Sequence record: OR539219.1
DNA from: Escherichia phage vB-Eco-KMB39
Reading direction: 5' to 3' (one strand)
Length of the DNA stretch: 64,000 bases
Below are positions 29,702 through 39,282 of this stretch, one piece after another. The translations under genes were made by a program, and so were the position numbers. The stretch's first letter is position 1. Each line of letters opens with the position of its first letter. Under the pieces are notes generated by a model. That model did no database searches. It saw only the letters and a list, made by a program, of their open reading frames with translations, and was not told the origin of the DNA.

Positions 29702-30418
29702 ATGAATTATAAACTAATTTATGAAAAGTTAATCTCTAATGCTAAATCTCGAAAACTTGATTGCTATACTGAATCTCATCACATTATACCACGCTGTTTA
29801 AATGGCAGCGATGATGCTTCAAACTTAGTAGATTTAACACCAGAAGAGCACTATGTAGCTCATCAACTTTTAGTAAAAATTTATCCTTCTGAACCAAAAT
29901 TAGTCTATGCTGCTAACATGATGACAGTTTCCACGAAATACGCTAAACGCAACAATAAAACTTTCGGTTGGATTCGTCGTAAACTCTGGGAAATAGAAAA
30001 GAATAAAGAATTCTCCCAGGAGACACGAAAGAAAATGTCTGATGCAGTAGCTAATAAAGCAAGACTAACTTGTCCTCATTGCGGTAAGTCTGGATTAAGC
30101 GGGAATATGAATCGATGGCATTTTGATAACTGCCCGAATCACCCTAATCCTAAAGTTAGACCACCGATGTCTAAAGAACACAGAAATAATATCTCAAACG
30201 GGCTTAAAGCAATCATTCTTGAAGAAACATCCTGCGAATTCTGCGGAATGATAGGCAAGAAATGCGTTATCGCAGCGCATAGAAATTTCTGCAAGAAAAA
30301 TCCAAATGGACGCAAGAAAACTGAAAAGACTGGTACTTGCGTCCATTGTGGTAAAGTTACCACTTTCGGAAATTTATCAAGGTGGCATAATGATAACTGT
30401 AAATATAAACCTAGCTAA
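29702..30418 (+). CDS. HNH homing endonuclease with three C-terminal C2HC zinc-binding repeats
   Basis: 238 aa on opposite strand; HNH motif ESHHIIPRCLNGSDDASNLVDLTPEEH; repeats CPHCGK...RWHFDNC, CEFCG...HRNFC, CVHCGK...RWHNDNC. Confidence 0.8.
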   Translation: MNYKLIYEKLISNAKSRKLDCYTESHHIIPRCLNGSDDASNLVDLTPEEHYVAHQLLVKIYPSEPKLVYAANMMTVSTKYAKRNNKTFGWIRRKLWEIEKNKEFSQETRKKMSDAVANKARLTCPHCGKSGLSGNMNRWHFDNCPNHPNPKVRPPMSKEHRNNISNGLKAIILEETSCEFCGMIGKKCVIAAHRNFCKKNPNGRKKTEKTGTCVHCGKVTTFGNLSRWHNDNCKYKPS

Positions 30419-32099
30419 TCTTAGCTAAACTAAATCTACCAACTTTTTCCATTTGAATATGCTGACCATATTCTTGTGGGTCATGGTCTTTATGCGAAAT
30501 TATGAAGAAGTTGGTATCCTTTAAACCATCTAAAATTTTAGCTACATTTTTAATACCTTCAGCATCAAATGCACCGTCATACACTTCATCAAGAAATAAA
30601 CAACTTATTTTAACACCTGAAACTTTTTCAGCAATATCACGCCAAGTAAATAAAAGAGCAATATCAATTCGTGCTTTTTCACCTTGACTAAATGAAGCAT
30701 AACTAAAATCTTCACGACCACGGGATTTAATTGTCTCATTAAATTCTTCATCTAATGTAAACACATAATCCGCTTCCATTATTTTAAGATAATGGTTAAT
30801 CTGCTTATTAAATAATGGAATGTACTTTTTAATAATAGCACCTTTAATACCAGAATCTTTGAGCATATCAGTCAAAATTCCTCTATGGTATTTTTCCATT
30901 ACTAAATTAGTTTTTGTCTTAACAATTTTATCAAGTTCTTCTTGAAGCAGTGCTATTTCATCAGCATGGTCAATAAACTCGGATGATGCTTTTTCTATAG
31001 CCGCTTTAACTTTTTTAGCTTTATCTACCGTCGTGATTAGAGATTGCTTTTTATTGCGAATATCATTTGCCAACGTCTGCTGGGTTTTAATATTATCTCG
31101 GTATTCATCAACAAGAACTTTTAAATTATCACGGTGTGTTGAAAGCTGTTCAAATGAATGCGTACATTCAGAAACTTTATCTTTAATTTTAGAAACAACT
31201 TTATCACCGGAACTTAATTGTGACAAACAGGTTGGACATAATCCACCTTCGTGATACATATTAATGACTTTATTATACGAGTCAATTTTTGATTTAATTA
31301 AAAATGCTTCTTGACCGATTTTATTAAATGCATCAGTCGGGTCTTCATCCAAAACAATATTAACTAATCTTTCATTAGCTTCTTCTATTTCCGATTTTAG
31401 CGTTCTAGCTTCTTTTGCCAAATCGTCATACATATTCTGCAGACGAGTAAGGTTGTCACCAGACAATTTTTTCTGGCGTTCAACATTATCATTATATATT
31501 TTAATTTGTTGGATAATACTATCTTTTTTAACATCAAGCACTTGGTTTTGTGAATTTAATTCACGTATTAGTGCTTTATTAAGCTTATCCATTTCAGCTA
31601 ATGTTCCTACTTCGAGCAGGTCTTCGACAAGCTTTCTTCTTGCAGGAGTGGATAGGCCCATGAAAGGGGTATATCCAGCCGTGCCGAGTACGACGATCTG
31701 TTTGAAACTGGCGTATGACATTCCGATAAGCTGTTCAAATTCTGCTTGGAAATCTTTACTGCTGGCAGATTCATTAAGACGTGTACCGTTAACGGTGATT
31801 TCGAAAACATTTGGTTTTTGTCCTCTTTTAATATAGTATTTTTTCTCATCATATTCCATCCACAATTCAACTAAAAGTTCTTTCTTATTTGTACTGTTTA
31901 TTAATTGGCCTTTCTTTACATCACGAAATGGCTTGCCAAAAAGCCCAAATGTGATGGCTTCTAACATAGTAGACTTTCCACCGCCATTTCGTCCAGTAAT
32001 AAGAGTTTTTTGAACCTTATCTAATTGAATGTCAATAGGATTTCCACCTACTGACATTATATTTTGATACCTAACTCGGTTTAGTTTAAAATTCTTCAC
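30411..32099 (-). CDS. 46: recombination nuclease subunit (Rad50/SbcC-like)
   Basis: 562 aa; Walker A GRNGGGKST, coiled-coil, zinc hook CPTC. Confidence 0.9.
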   Translation of the reverse strand: MKNFKLNRVRYQNIMSVGGNPIDIQLDKVQKTLITGRNGGGKSTMLEAITFGLFGKPFRDVKKGQLINSTNKKELLVELWMEYDEKKYYIKRGQKPNVFEITVNGTRLNESASSKDFQAEFEQLIGMSYASFKQIVVLGTAGYTPFMGLSTPARRKLVEDLLEVGTLAEMDKLNKALIRELNSQNQVLDVKKDSIIQQIKIYNDNVERQKKLSGDNLTRLQNMYDDLAKEARTLKSEIEEANERLVNIVLDEDPTDAFNKIGQEAFLIKSKIDSYNKVINMYHEGGLCPTCLSQLSSGDKVVSKIKDKVSECTHSFEQLSTHRDNLKVLVDEYRDNIKTQQTLANDIRNKKQSLITTVDKAKKVKAAIEKASSEFIDHADEIALLQEELDKIVKTKTNLVMEKYHRGILTDMLKDSGIKGAIIKKYIPLFNKQINHYLKIMEADYVFTLDEEFNETIKSRGREDFSYASFSQGEKARIDIALLFTWRDIAEKVSGVKISCLFLDEVYDGAFDAEGIKNVAKILDGLKDTNFFIISHKDHDPQEYGQHIQMEKVGRFSLAKIS

Positions 32100-32359
32100 A
32101 AAAGATTCCTTTTAATGTATCTTTTAGACCATTCTATCATATCATCATAATCTAAAAAGTATTCATCAAATTCAGCCATGCAAACAACACCCTGTGCTGC
32201 TTTTGATGTGATATAAATTATTCCAACATATCTAGAATCTTCTTCGGTGTAATCAATATTTGCTATGAATTCATCGTTAATGTCAAATGTCGAAAACTTC
32301 ACAGTATGCATCCTTAATACAAGATACAGCCATATCTTGTAATGATTTAGGTGTGTCAT
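32096..32359 (-). CDS. hypothetical protein (46.1 position)
   Basis: 87 aa ORF. Confidence 0.4.
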   Translation of the reverse strand: MTHLNHYKIWLYLVLRMHTVKFSTFDINDEFIANIDYTEEDSRYVGIIYITSKAAQGVVCMAEFDEYFLDYDDMIEWSKRYIKRNLL

Positions 32360-32546
32360 TATCTAAAATGTTGAAGTTAAAAGATACAGCCCAGTCAGTG
32401 CAGACCGTAACCTTTTTAATACAATTATCTTCAACCTCTAGTGGTTCAAACCAGTATTCAATAATTTCTTTATGCCCAATATCATCTTTTACTTCGCATT
32501 CAAAATGCTGACTCATCATAACATTTTTAAATTCATCAAAAGTCAT
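32283..32546 (-). CDS. hypothetical protein (46.2 position)
   Basis: 87 aa ORF. Confidence 0.4.
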   Translation of the reverse strand: MTFDEFKNVMMSQHFECEVKDDIGHKEIIEYWFEPLEVEDNCIKKVTVCTDWAVSFNFNILDNDTPKSLQDMAVSCIKDAYCEVFDI

Positions 32547-33562
32547 TGTGTTGCCTCTACATATAACTGATTTGCATATTGAATAAGTGCTTCGCGATCA
32601 GAATCAGTGATGTCTGGAATTGCATTAATGTATTCTTCCATCAACGTCTGAAGAGATTGAACTTCAACCTCTTCGCTATCATCTGACTCGACAGAGTTAT
32701 CAATCTTTGACACAACTCGTAATGAATGCACAACTTTTTCTAGTTCAGATTCGAACTTCGTCAGATTTTTGTCTACCTCAGTTACTATAACACGTACTGA
32801 CAGATTTGTAAAATCTTTATAGTCAATTTTTCCCTTAAATGGATATTGAATTCGACGATGCCAGGTAGTGTTGTTTGGAATAAATTCCATTCGTTCTGTT
32901 TCTGTATCAAACATCCAGAACCCGCGAGGGTCATTCTCGTCACCTGCAGTTAGTGTCCATGGTGTCCCAATATATTTGACGTTAGCAGCCTCAGAGATAG
33001 TATGGAAGTGACCAGACCACACTTCTTTATAAGTCTTAAGGAAATCAGGTTCAAGACCGTGAGATTTCATTCCTTTATAAAAATAAAATCCATTCAGTTC
33101 CCAGTGACCAACACAAAAGGAAGCAGATGAAGTTTTAATATGTTCAAGAATTTCACCGGTATTTTCTTCACACATCCAAGGAATTAAATCAATCAAACAT
33201 CCGTCAAAATCTACTGTAGTAGGCTTATCATATACTTTAACATTAGGATATTTAGCCAAAAGCTCAGTAGAAGCATTTGGAGTTAAAGTATTTTTAAAGT
33301 GCATATCATGGTTTCCTACAACAGTATGTAGGGTAATACCAGCATCATCAAGCATTTGAACTATTTCACGTGCGAACTCCATAGTTTTATGCGTGATTGC
33401 TTTTCGCACATCAAAAATATCACCGTATTGAATCCATGTAGTAATTCCATTTTTCTTAGAATATTCTATCGCCTGCTTAATTCCATCCAGCTGGATTGAT
33501 TGAACCCACTCATCATCGGCTTTAACGCCTAAATGCCAATCACCTAAATTTAAAATTTTCAT
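32543..33562 (-). CDS. 47: recombination nuclease subunit (Mre11/SbcD-like phosphoesterase)
   Basis: 339 aa equals T4 gp47; metallophosphoesterase motifs GDWH, GNHD. Confidence 0.9.
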   Translation of the reverse strand: MKILNLGDWHLGVKADDEWVQSIQLDGIKQAIEYSKKNGITTWIQYGDIFDVRKAITHKTMEFAREIVQMLDDAGITLHTVVGNHDMHFKNTLTPNASTELLAKYPNVKVYDKPTTVDFDGCLIDLIPWMCEENTGEILEHIKTSSASFCVGHWELNGFYFYKGMKSHGLEPDFLKTYKEVWSGHFHTISEAANVKYIGTPWTLTAGDENDPRGFWMFDTETERMEFIPNNTTWHRRIQYPFKGKIDYKDFTNLSVRVIVTEVDKNLTKFESELEKVVHSLRVVSKIDNSVESDDSEEVEVQSLQTLMEEYINAIPDITDSDREALIQYANQLYVEATQ

Positions 33563-33699
33563 ATATCAAGAACCGTCATTGAAATGCAAAATAAAATTAT
33601 TGAAATAAATCCATCTGGAGTGCTAAAGAACCCAATCCAACATGCTCTAGTGAATAGATAAAATGCGAGAAAAAGTATCACATATCCAAGAAATATCAT
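33559..33699 (-). CDS. small membrane peptide (47.1 position)
   Basis: 46 aa hydrophobic ORF read by eye; stop overlaps gene 47 start. Confidence 0.3.
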   Translation of the reverse strand: MIFLGYVILFLAFYLFTRACWIGFFSTPDGFISIILFCISMTVLDI

Positions 33700-33718
33700 T
33701 ATATCAAACTCCGTATAA

Positions 33719-33737
33719 AGCTAAAGGGCCGAAGCCC
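33719..33737 (-). terminator. UUCG hairpin after alpha-gt
   Basis: minus strand AGGGC-UUCG-GCCCU then UUAGC. Confidence 0.45.
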
Positions 33738-33738
33738 T

Positions 33739-34941
33739 TTATTTTGTAATAATGTCAAACTGCTCTTTAAAGCAGAAGCTTGAATCTTGATGCTGATACA
33801 AAAATTCATAAGCTTTTTCGCGTTCACGGTCATAAAGAGCTCGGTCAGATGACAGTTCTTTAATATGTTCAAATGTTGATTCCATGTCATTTTCATCAAA
33901 CCAAACGATACCGCTATCGTGCGAAATTAATGGAGTATTATCAACACGGAATTTTAAATTTTCGCCAGTAGATTTCCAAAATACTGGAATTGTTCCACAT
34001 GCACCAAGCTCGAGATGAGTATATTCTAAAGAACGCTGTAGATATTTTTTATCTAATTTACTCAGCTGATAACCAAATCCGGATTTACTCATGCGTTCAA
34101 GCATTTCGCTATTTACATAACGGTCGAGAATTTGCGTCGGCAAATTAGGAGCAATTTTAATTTGGTCTACTTGATGAAGACGATAATACTCGTATGGAAT
34201 TCCTTTTTCTTTAATAGGAATGAACGCTGGAGAACGTTCCAGACCTTCCATAATAGTACTTAGTCCTGCAGGTTTAAGATGTTTTTCGTGAAAATCAAAC
34301 ATCTGATAAAAGCCTTTCCATGTAGTAGTACGACCAATCCAACGGTTGATATTCATGTTAATTTCAGAAACATCTTTCCAGTAAGTTGATCGAACCTTCG
34401 CAATATCCATAGGAGGCTGAAAGTTATATACAGTCGGTGCTTCTTCAATATCATCAAACAGTGAAACAGTTTCTGGATACCATTCTTTCATTAAAACTTT
34501 ATTAAAATCGCCATTATCAGAATGGCTAAAAATAACATCAGCTCGACGAACAGTTTCTTCTAATCCCAAATTTCGACGCAAAGAAAGAGAAGAATGGTCA
34601 TGCTGATAAACTACAACACGAACCGAAGGTTTAATGTTATCAATAATTTTTTTATAGTTATTAATCGTGTCTTCTTCAACTGAAGTAGCAGGAACTGAAT
34701 TGATAACTAGAATATCACAATCATTTACCAACTTAAGTGTTTTATCGTATTCTTTTGCCAATAAAACCGGAATTGAAAATGATTTATAATCATGCGCGCA
34801 ATTACGAGTAAATGATTTATCTTTAGCATAAACCAAAGTTACTTCATGACCATTTTTAATAAACCAATCACGCTGCTCAAGAGAAAATTTAGTTACACCG
34901 CAACCTTCAAGACCTCGAGCCATAAAAATGCATACTTTCAT
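33739..34941 (-). CDS. a-gt: DNA alpha-glucosyltransferase
   Basis: 400 aa equals T4 alpha-gt; N-terminus CIFMARGLEGCGVTKFSLEQ. Confidence 0.85.
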   Translation of the reverse strand: MKVCIFMARGLEGCGVTKFSLEQRDWFIKNGHEVTLVYAKDKSFTRNCAHDYKSFSIPVLLAKEYDKTLKLVNDCDILVINSVPATSVEEDTINNYKKIIDNIKPSVRVVVYQHDHSSLSLRRNLGLEETVRRADVIFSHSDNGDFNKVLMKEWYPETVSLFDDIEEAPTVYNFQPPMDIAKVRSTYWKDVSEINMNINRWIGRTTTWKGFYQMFDFHEKHLKPAGLSTIMEGLERSPAFIPIKEKGIPYEYYRLHQVDQIKIAPNLPTQILDRYVNSEMLERMSKSGFGYQLSKLDKKYLQRSLEYTHLELGACGTIPVFWKSTGENLKFRVDNTPLISHDSGIVWFDENDMESTFEHIKELSSDRALYDREREKAYEFLYQHQDSSFCFKEQFDIITK

Positions 34942-35184
34942 TTAATATCCTCATTGTTTTGGTTTATTTTACCAAAAATTTATAAAGCAATATAAGAGCC
35001 GAGGCTCCTATCCGCATAATACGCCATACAGAGGCTCATTAGAGCTTCTAAATTTTATGCGCTTATATGTTATAGTTCCTTCTGCTTTAGCTTTATCATG
35101 AGACTCTTTAAAGCGTCTCATCATTTCTACTTTAGAGGAACGAATTTTATTATAATCTATTTCAGAAGTCTGGGTGTTCATCTT

Positions 35185-35391
35185 TCACAGTTGCCACCAT
35201 TTTTTGACTTGATAAGAATCAACCCACACTTTCATATTAGGGTCTGCTCTTACAATAGGAGGATTAACTTCTTTAATTGAACTATCATGGTATTCTTTTT
35301 CAGAAATTTTCACACAAAGATGACCGTTCAAAGATTCAGTAAATCCTGCATTAATTTTAAGACGCTTGAATTTTACGTGTGTAAGCATCAA
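35185..35391 (-). CDS. hypothetical protein
   Basis: 68 aa ORF. Confidence 0.35.
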   Translation of the reverse strand: MMLTHVKFKRLKINAGFTESLNGHLCVKISEKEYHDSSIKEVNPPIVRADPNMKVWVDSYQVKKWWQL

Positions 35392-35674
35392 TCATATCCT
35401 CAATCTGCGATCTAGTAGTCTTCCAAAGAATACTAATGAGTTCATCATTATATGGCTGTTTTAGAATATCCCGACTTTTCTTGATAGCATATTCGTATTG
35501 AGCAAAATTATTGTTTTCAGCTGCAATTTGAGCGTGTTTATAAAGACGGTTCAGTTCGCATTTGTTTTTAGACAATAACTTATTTGCTTTTCTTTCTGCT
35601 TCAAGACGGTTCTTTTCTTCAATAGAAGAAATAAGCTTTTCCACTTCATCATTAATTTCGGGTTTATCAGTCAT
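35357..35674 (-). CDS. hypothetical protein
   Basis: 105 aa ORF. Confidence 0.4.
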   Translation of the reverse strand: MTDKPEINDEVEKLISSIEEKNRLEAERKANKLLSKNKCELNRLYKHAQIAAENNNFAQYEYAIKKSRDILKQPYNDELISILWKTTRSQIEDMIDAYTRKIQAS

Positions 35675-35675
35675 A

Positions 35676-35894
35676 TTATTTCTCTAATATAAAATAAAAA
35701 TCATCATCTGTTAAATGATACCGATAGTTTAATTCTACACCATTAGATTTAAAAGCGGTATCATACGGATTTTCTGGATCAATATCAATGTCAAGAGCTA
35801 AAACTTCCCTGAGATACATTTTAAGTAAATAGGGAATAGCTTCAACTTCAGGTATTTCTTCCAAGAATCCGGAGAGGTTAATCGTTAGCCTCAT
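35676..35894 (-). CDS. hypothetical protein
   Basis: 72 aa ORF. Confidence 0.4.
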
Positions 35895-36441
35895 ATAAAA
35901 AATCCAAACTAGGAGAATCGTCTACAACACTTTTCTTTTCAGCCCCCGGTGTTCTATAGGTTGATTCTTCGTAATGCGTCATTTTATCGTAGATGTCTTG
36001 AATAAAAGTTTCATCTACTAACGCAACCATATCGTCGTCACGACTGTCATAGACATTGTGAACGAAGTAACTATATTTCTTTGCAACTTCCTTACGTTCT
36101 TTTTTAATACGTTGGACGAATGCATTAAAACAAGCTTGAGTTATATATGCATGTGGGTTTTTATATTTCGTTTCATCAAAATTATGAAGTCCCTTAATAG
36201 AAGCTTCTATACCATCTGCAATCATTTCTTGTTTCCAAGACTGGGTGTATCCTGAAAAGTTGAAACGTTTAGATAAGCCTTCTGCAATAAGCATAATGGC
36301 TAATCCGATAGTATCATTCTGACGAACTACTTTATTTGGGTCTTTATTATTTGCTAATTCTGTTTTCCAATCAATAATAGCTTGTAAAAGCTCTTTATTG
36401 TTTACGTAATTATATTTAGGCTTAGTTTCTGACATTTTCAC
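35878..36441 (-). CDS. 55: late-transcription sigma factor
   Basis: about 185 aa; N-terminus [18 protein letters not shown]; start may be third codon of track ORF. Confidence 0.85.
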
Positions 36442-36513
36442 CTCTTAGCTCAATTCATAGATCTATTATATCATAATATTTGAAGATCTATCTTAAAGCA
36501 TAGAGGATATCAG

Positions 36514-36783
36514 TTATCTAAGTAAGCAGTATGCTTGGAATACTTTCTCCATCATCTTTTTAAATTCATGAATATCTATATAATGACTAGTTAAATCAGC
36601 ATGATATAAAAAGTCTAAAAACTTTTCATGTGTGCTAACATATTCGCTTTCATTTAATTCAGAAACATGGCTTTCCCAATATCCAACACCAGTCTTATTT
36701 GGGAAAAATGAAATTTTCATATATTGGTCAACATAGAAAATTCCATAATTTTCAATAGTAATAGAAATATTAATAAATTTCAT
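36514..36783 (-). CDS. hypothetical protein
   Basis: 89 aa ORF. Confidence 0.35.
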   Translation of the reverse strand: MKFINISITIENYGIFYVDQYMKISFFPNKTGVGYWESHVSELNESEYVSTHEKFLDFLYHADLTSHYIDIHEFKKMMEKVFQAYCLLR

Positions 36784-36995
36784 GCATTCATCAACTTAGC
36801 CGCTTCAAGAGCTGCATCTAGTGAATCAAATTGATCGACATATTCAATCAATTCGCCGTAATTAGCATATAACCACCATTGGCTAAATTCATACTCAAGG
36901 ATAAATCCATTTCCTTCAATTTGAGTTAAACCAATGCCATTTGTATTTACTTCATATCCGGCAAGACGCAAATCATTGATAAGAGATTCATTCAT
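36780..36995 (-). CDS. hypothetical protein
   Basis: 71 aa ORF. Confidence 0.35.
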   Translation of the reverse strand: MNESLINDLRLAGYEVNTNGIGLTQIEGNGFILEYEFSQWWLYANYGELIEYVDQFDSLDAALEAAKLMNA

Positions 36996-36997
36996 AA

Positions 36998-37324
36998 TTA
37001 TACCTTAGTAATTTTCAGATCAGCAAATTTTTTCTTGCGTTGATTTTTCATACGACGAATAGTTTTATCAGAAATTTCATGCTTTTGATAAGCTTTAGAT
37101 TCTACACCAAAAGCTTTAACATCAAATTCTGACAAGATATATTGAACCAACAATTCACGAATAGTATTTCGTCCAATTTTCTGATCATTCTGTTTCATCA
37201 TCTGATGAAGCTCTTTTTCCCATTTATCCAAAATTTGAGGAGTTACAATATCGCCTTTTTCTAGCAGAGAAACTACTTTATCATATGCATAAGAATTGAT
37301 GGCGTTTTTAATTTGAATAGTCAT
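36998..37324 (-). CDS. hypothetical protein
   Basis: 108 aa ORF. Confidence 0.4.
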   Translation of the reverse strand: MTIQIKNAINSYAYDKVVSLLEKGDIVTPQILDKWEKELHQMMKQNDQKIGRNTIRELLVQYILSEFDVKAFGVESKAYQKHEISDKTIRRMKNQRKKKFADLKITKV

Positions 37325-37361
37325 ACATTATCCTCAATTGCGTTAAAATTTTATTATCCAA

Positions 37362-37380
37362 AAAGGGCCGAAGCCCTTAG
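37362..37380 (-). terminator. UUCG hairpin terminator
   Basis: minus strand AGGGC-UUCG-GCCCU followed by UUUUUGG. Confidence 0.55.
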
Positions 37381-37577
37381 CTAAACTGTTTGGCGCCCTT
37401 CCAGCCTTCGTACATCATTGCGGCTGATATTAATATTGCTCCTGCGCATTTTGAATATTTGTGATTCCAAAACCAGTTCAGAAAAACTTCGTCATCAATA
37501 CCTTGGGCTATCATATTTTCAAAGAACTGACGACGAGCTTCGGCAATTCGTTGCGATAATTTAGATTCAGGATTCAT
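37377..37577 (-). CDS. hypothetical protein
   Basis: 66 aa ORF. Confidence 0.35.
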   Translation of the reverse strand: MNPESKLSQRIAEARRQFFENMIAQGIDDEVFLNWFWNHKYSKCAGAILISAAMMYEGWKGAKQFS

Positions 37578-37793
37578 TTAAATTTTCCAGTTACCATTTT
37601 CATCAATGAATTTAATCCAGTCATTTACTGACCACTTGGTCGTATCGCCTTTTGGAGCAACATTTAAAGTGTATAATCCTTGTTTAAAAAGCATTCGTTT
37701 GATATTCATATTTTCCTCAGCTGTAACGATAGCACTCGTTTGATTTGCGCTTAGCAACTCGTTGAGAAGTATTGTAATCAAAATCATCGTCAA
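37578..37793 (-). CDS. hypothetical protein
   Basis: 71 aa ORF. Confidence 0.35.
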   Translation of the reverse strand: MTMILITILLNELLSANQTSAIVTAEENMNIKRMLFKQGLYTLNVAPKGDTTKWSVNDWIKFIDENGNWKI

Positions 37794-38010
37794 TGTAAAC
37801 TGATTTTTTCAACTTTCTTACTTCACTACGTAATTGACGATTTAGCTCATCTTTAACTTCTGAATCAATGCCTTTCATTCTACGCCATTTATCAGAGCGA
37901 AAAATGTTTTCAACCATATCTTTATGACTTACACCATCAGGAGCTTTACGCTTTCCGAAATAGTCATAATCACGCACTTTTAAATCTTTACGACGATACG
38001 TTTTACCCAT
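37717..38010 (-). CDS. hypothetical basic protein
   Basis: 97 aa from internal Met MGKTYRRKDLK; track ORF has N-terminal extension overlapping neighbour. Confidence 0.35.
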   Translation of the reverse strand: MGKTYRRKDLKVRDYDYFGKRKAPDGVSHKDMVENIFRSDKWRRMKGIDSEVKDELNRQLRSEVRKLKKSVYIDDDFDYNTSQRVAKRKSNECYRYS

Positions 38011-38185
38011 GGAGTTTAATTTCCTTAGCAACTGAACTAAATACAGCACGATCACAAATCATCTGTTTATGTAACTTAAGTATAAGATAATAAACTTCAA
38101 AACCGTTTACATAAGTAACACGAACAACATTACCATTAATAAAATAATATTGTCCCTTTTTAATTTCTTTATCAACCACAACCAT
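38003..38185 (-). CDS. hypothetical protein
   Basis: 60 aa; early promoter upstream. Confidence 0.35.
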   Translation of the reverse strand: MVVVDKEIKKGQYYFINGNVVRVTYVNGFEVYYLILKLHKQMICDRAVFSSVAKEIKLHG

Positions 38186-38214
38186 ATCAAATCCTCAAAG
38201 GCAATTCATATGTT

Positions 38215-38245
38215 AATAATACCACAGTTTGAACTTCTTGTAAAC
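38215..38245 (-). promoter_or_regulatory. early promoter upstream of 38003-38185 gene
   Basis: minus strand GTTTACA - 17 - tggTATTAT. Confidence 0.55.
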
Positions 38246-38320
38246 AACTTTGTGAAAATTATTTTAGGGAATGATAAGAAGTGAATGATAGTTAGAATGG
38301 TAATATACAGAATGTGAGAA

Positions 38321-38342
38321 AGAAAGGCCCAGAGGGCCCGTC
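38321..38342 (-). terminator. hairpin terminator after nrdH
   Basis: minus strand GGGCCC-UCU-GGGCC then UUUCUUUCU. Confidence 0.5.
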
Positions 38343-38666
38343 TTAGTCTTCTATGATATCTCTATCATATCCAAGTGAAATGAGAGTTTCTTTGAAGTGT
38401 TTAATGTTCTTTTGTCTAGAATCATTAATGAAAATGACTGGATAACGAATGTTAAGAGATGTGAATCCAGCGCGTTTAGCAAGAGATACAATCAGTGGAC
38501 GATCATACTCAATCTTGCCATTATTTGTAAGAACTTTATAGAAAGTAAAAGGAGCATTGAGCTCCTTTAGAAGTTTTGTAACTGATTGACATCCAGGACA
38601 ACGACCTACTTCTTCGGGGATGCCATAGATTTCAATCTTATTCTTTAAGTTCGAGTTTTGTTCCAC
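38343..38666 (-). CDS. nrdH: glutaredoxin/NrdH-like redoxin
   Basis: CPGC redox motif; likely GTG start at 38666; first 43 aa of track ORF 38343-38795 are other-frame read-through of upstream gene. Confidence 0.5.
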   Translation of the reverse strand: MEQNSNLKNKIEIYGIPEEVGRCPGCQSVTKLLKELNAPFTFYKVLTNNGKIEYDRPLIVSLAKRAGFTSLNIRYPVIFINDSRQKNIKHFKETLISLGYDRDIIED

Positions 38667-38949
38667 GAGAAATAATTCCTTGATAAGCCCAGTATGGCGG
38701 GTTAACAGAATCATCGCCAGAATTTTCTTCAGGAAAATAAACCTGGATAACAAATCCAGATGCATCAAAGGTAAAATAAACCGTAGGTAATTCACCTAAC
38801 AATTCAGCGCGGTTATTAATTTCTTCAAGTTCTCGTTCACGCCCAGCCCAAAAACTAGGATTTAGACTGCATTCATAAAAATAATAGTCATTACCGAACA
38901 TATCAAAACCCTTCCAACTCTCTACCACATACCGCTCAAAACTAATCAT
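38638..38949 (-). CDS. hypothetical protein
   Basis: 103 aa ORF. Confidence 0.45.
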   Translation of the reverse strand: MISFERYVVESWKGFDMFGNDYYFYECSLNPSFWAGRERELEEINNRAELLGELPTVYFTFDASGFVIQVYFPEENSGDDSVNPPYWAYQGIISRGTKLELKE

Positions 38950-38951
38950 AA

Positions 38952-39167
38952 TTAAGCCTTTTTATCAAGAACCGCATTCAGTTTGTTAGTAATTTTATCC
39001 AGACGCTCATTGAACTCACTAGAAGATAAGCCTTTTTCTGGAGAAATCAAACTAATCACGAAAAATATAGCAATAAAAGGAATAAGAAAAATAGCTCCAA
39101 CTGCCATAAACAAAAAGAACGTTACAGTTGTAAGAAAATCAGCTAAACCTTTACGAAATTTATACAT
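38952..39167 (-). CDS. small membrane protein
   Basis: 71 aa; two hydrophobic helices. Confidence 0.4.
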   Translation of the reverse strand: MYKFRKGLADFLTTVTFFLFMAVGAIFLIPFIAIFFVISLISPEKGLSSSEFNERLDKITNKLNAVLDKKA

Positions 39168-39282
39168 ATTTTACCCTTAATTGATTAACCAAGCATTGAT
39201 AAGTACTAAACTATACTGCGAATAAAATTCTGGACCAAAATGAAAAATCATATCATTTATAGTATCAATAATATAATTCAGT

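Larger units (their letters stand above)
29664..30418 (+). mobile_element. freestanding homing-endonuclease cassette (late promoter + HNH gene) between 45.2 and 46
   Basis: only long plus-strand gene in window; own TATAAATA promoter; 3' end overlaps gene 46 stop. Confidence 0.6.

Noticed and set aside
33699-33899. 66-aa minus-strand ORF overlapping the 3' end of alpha-gt
   Set aside because: Alternative-frame ORF nested in the alpha-gt coding region; likely spurious.
34942-35184. Possible small gene or regulatory RNA in the 243-bp spacer after alpha-gt
   Set aside because: A 57-aa ORF can be drawn on the minus strand (about 35008-35181) and a GAGCC-GGCTC hairpin is present, but there is no convincing ribosome-binding site and I could not fix coordinates reliably.
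38343-38795. 150-aa track ORF as the nrdH gene product
   Set aside because: Its first 43 residues overlap the whole 3' end of the 103-aa gene at 38638-38949 in another frame; the redoxin most likely starts at the GTG near 38666.
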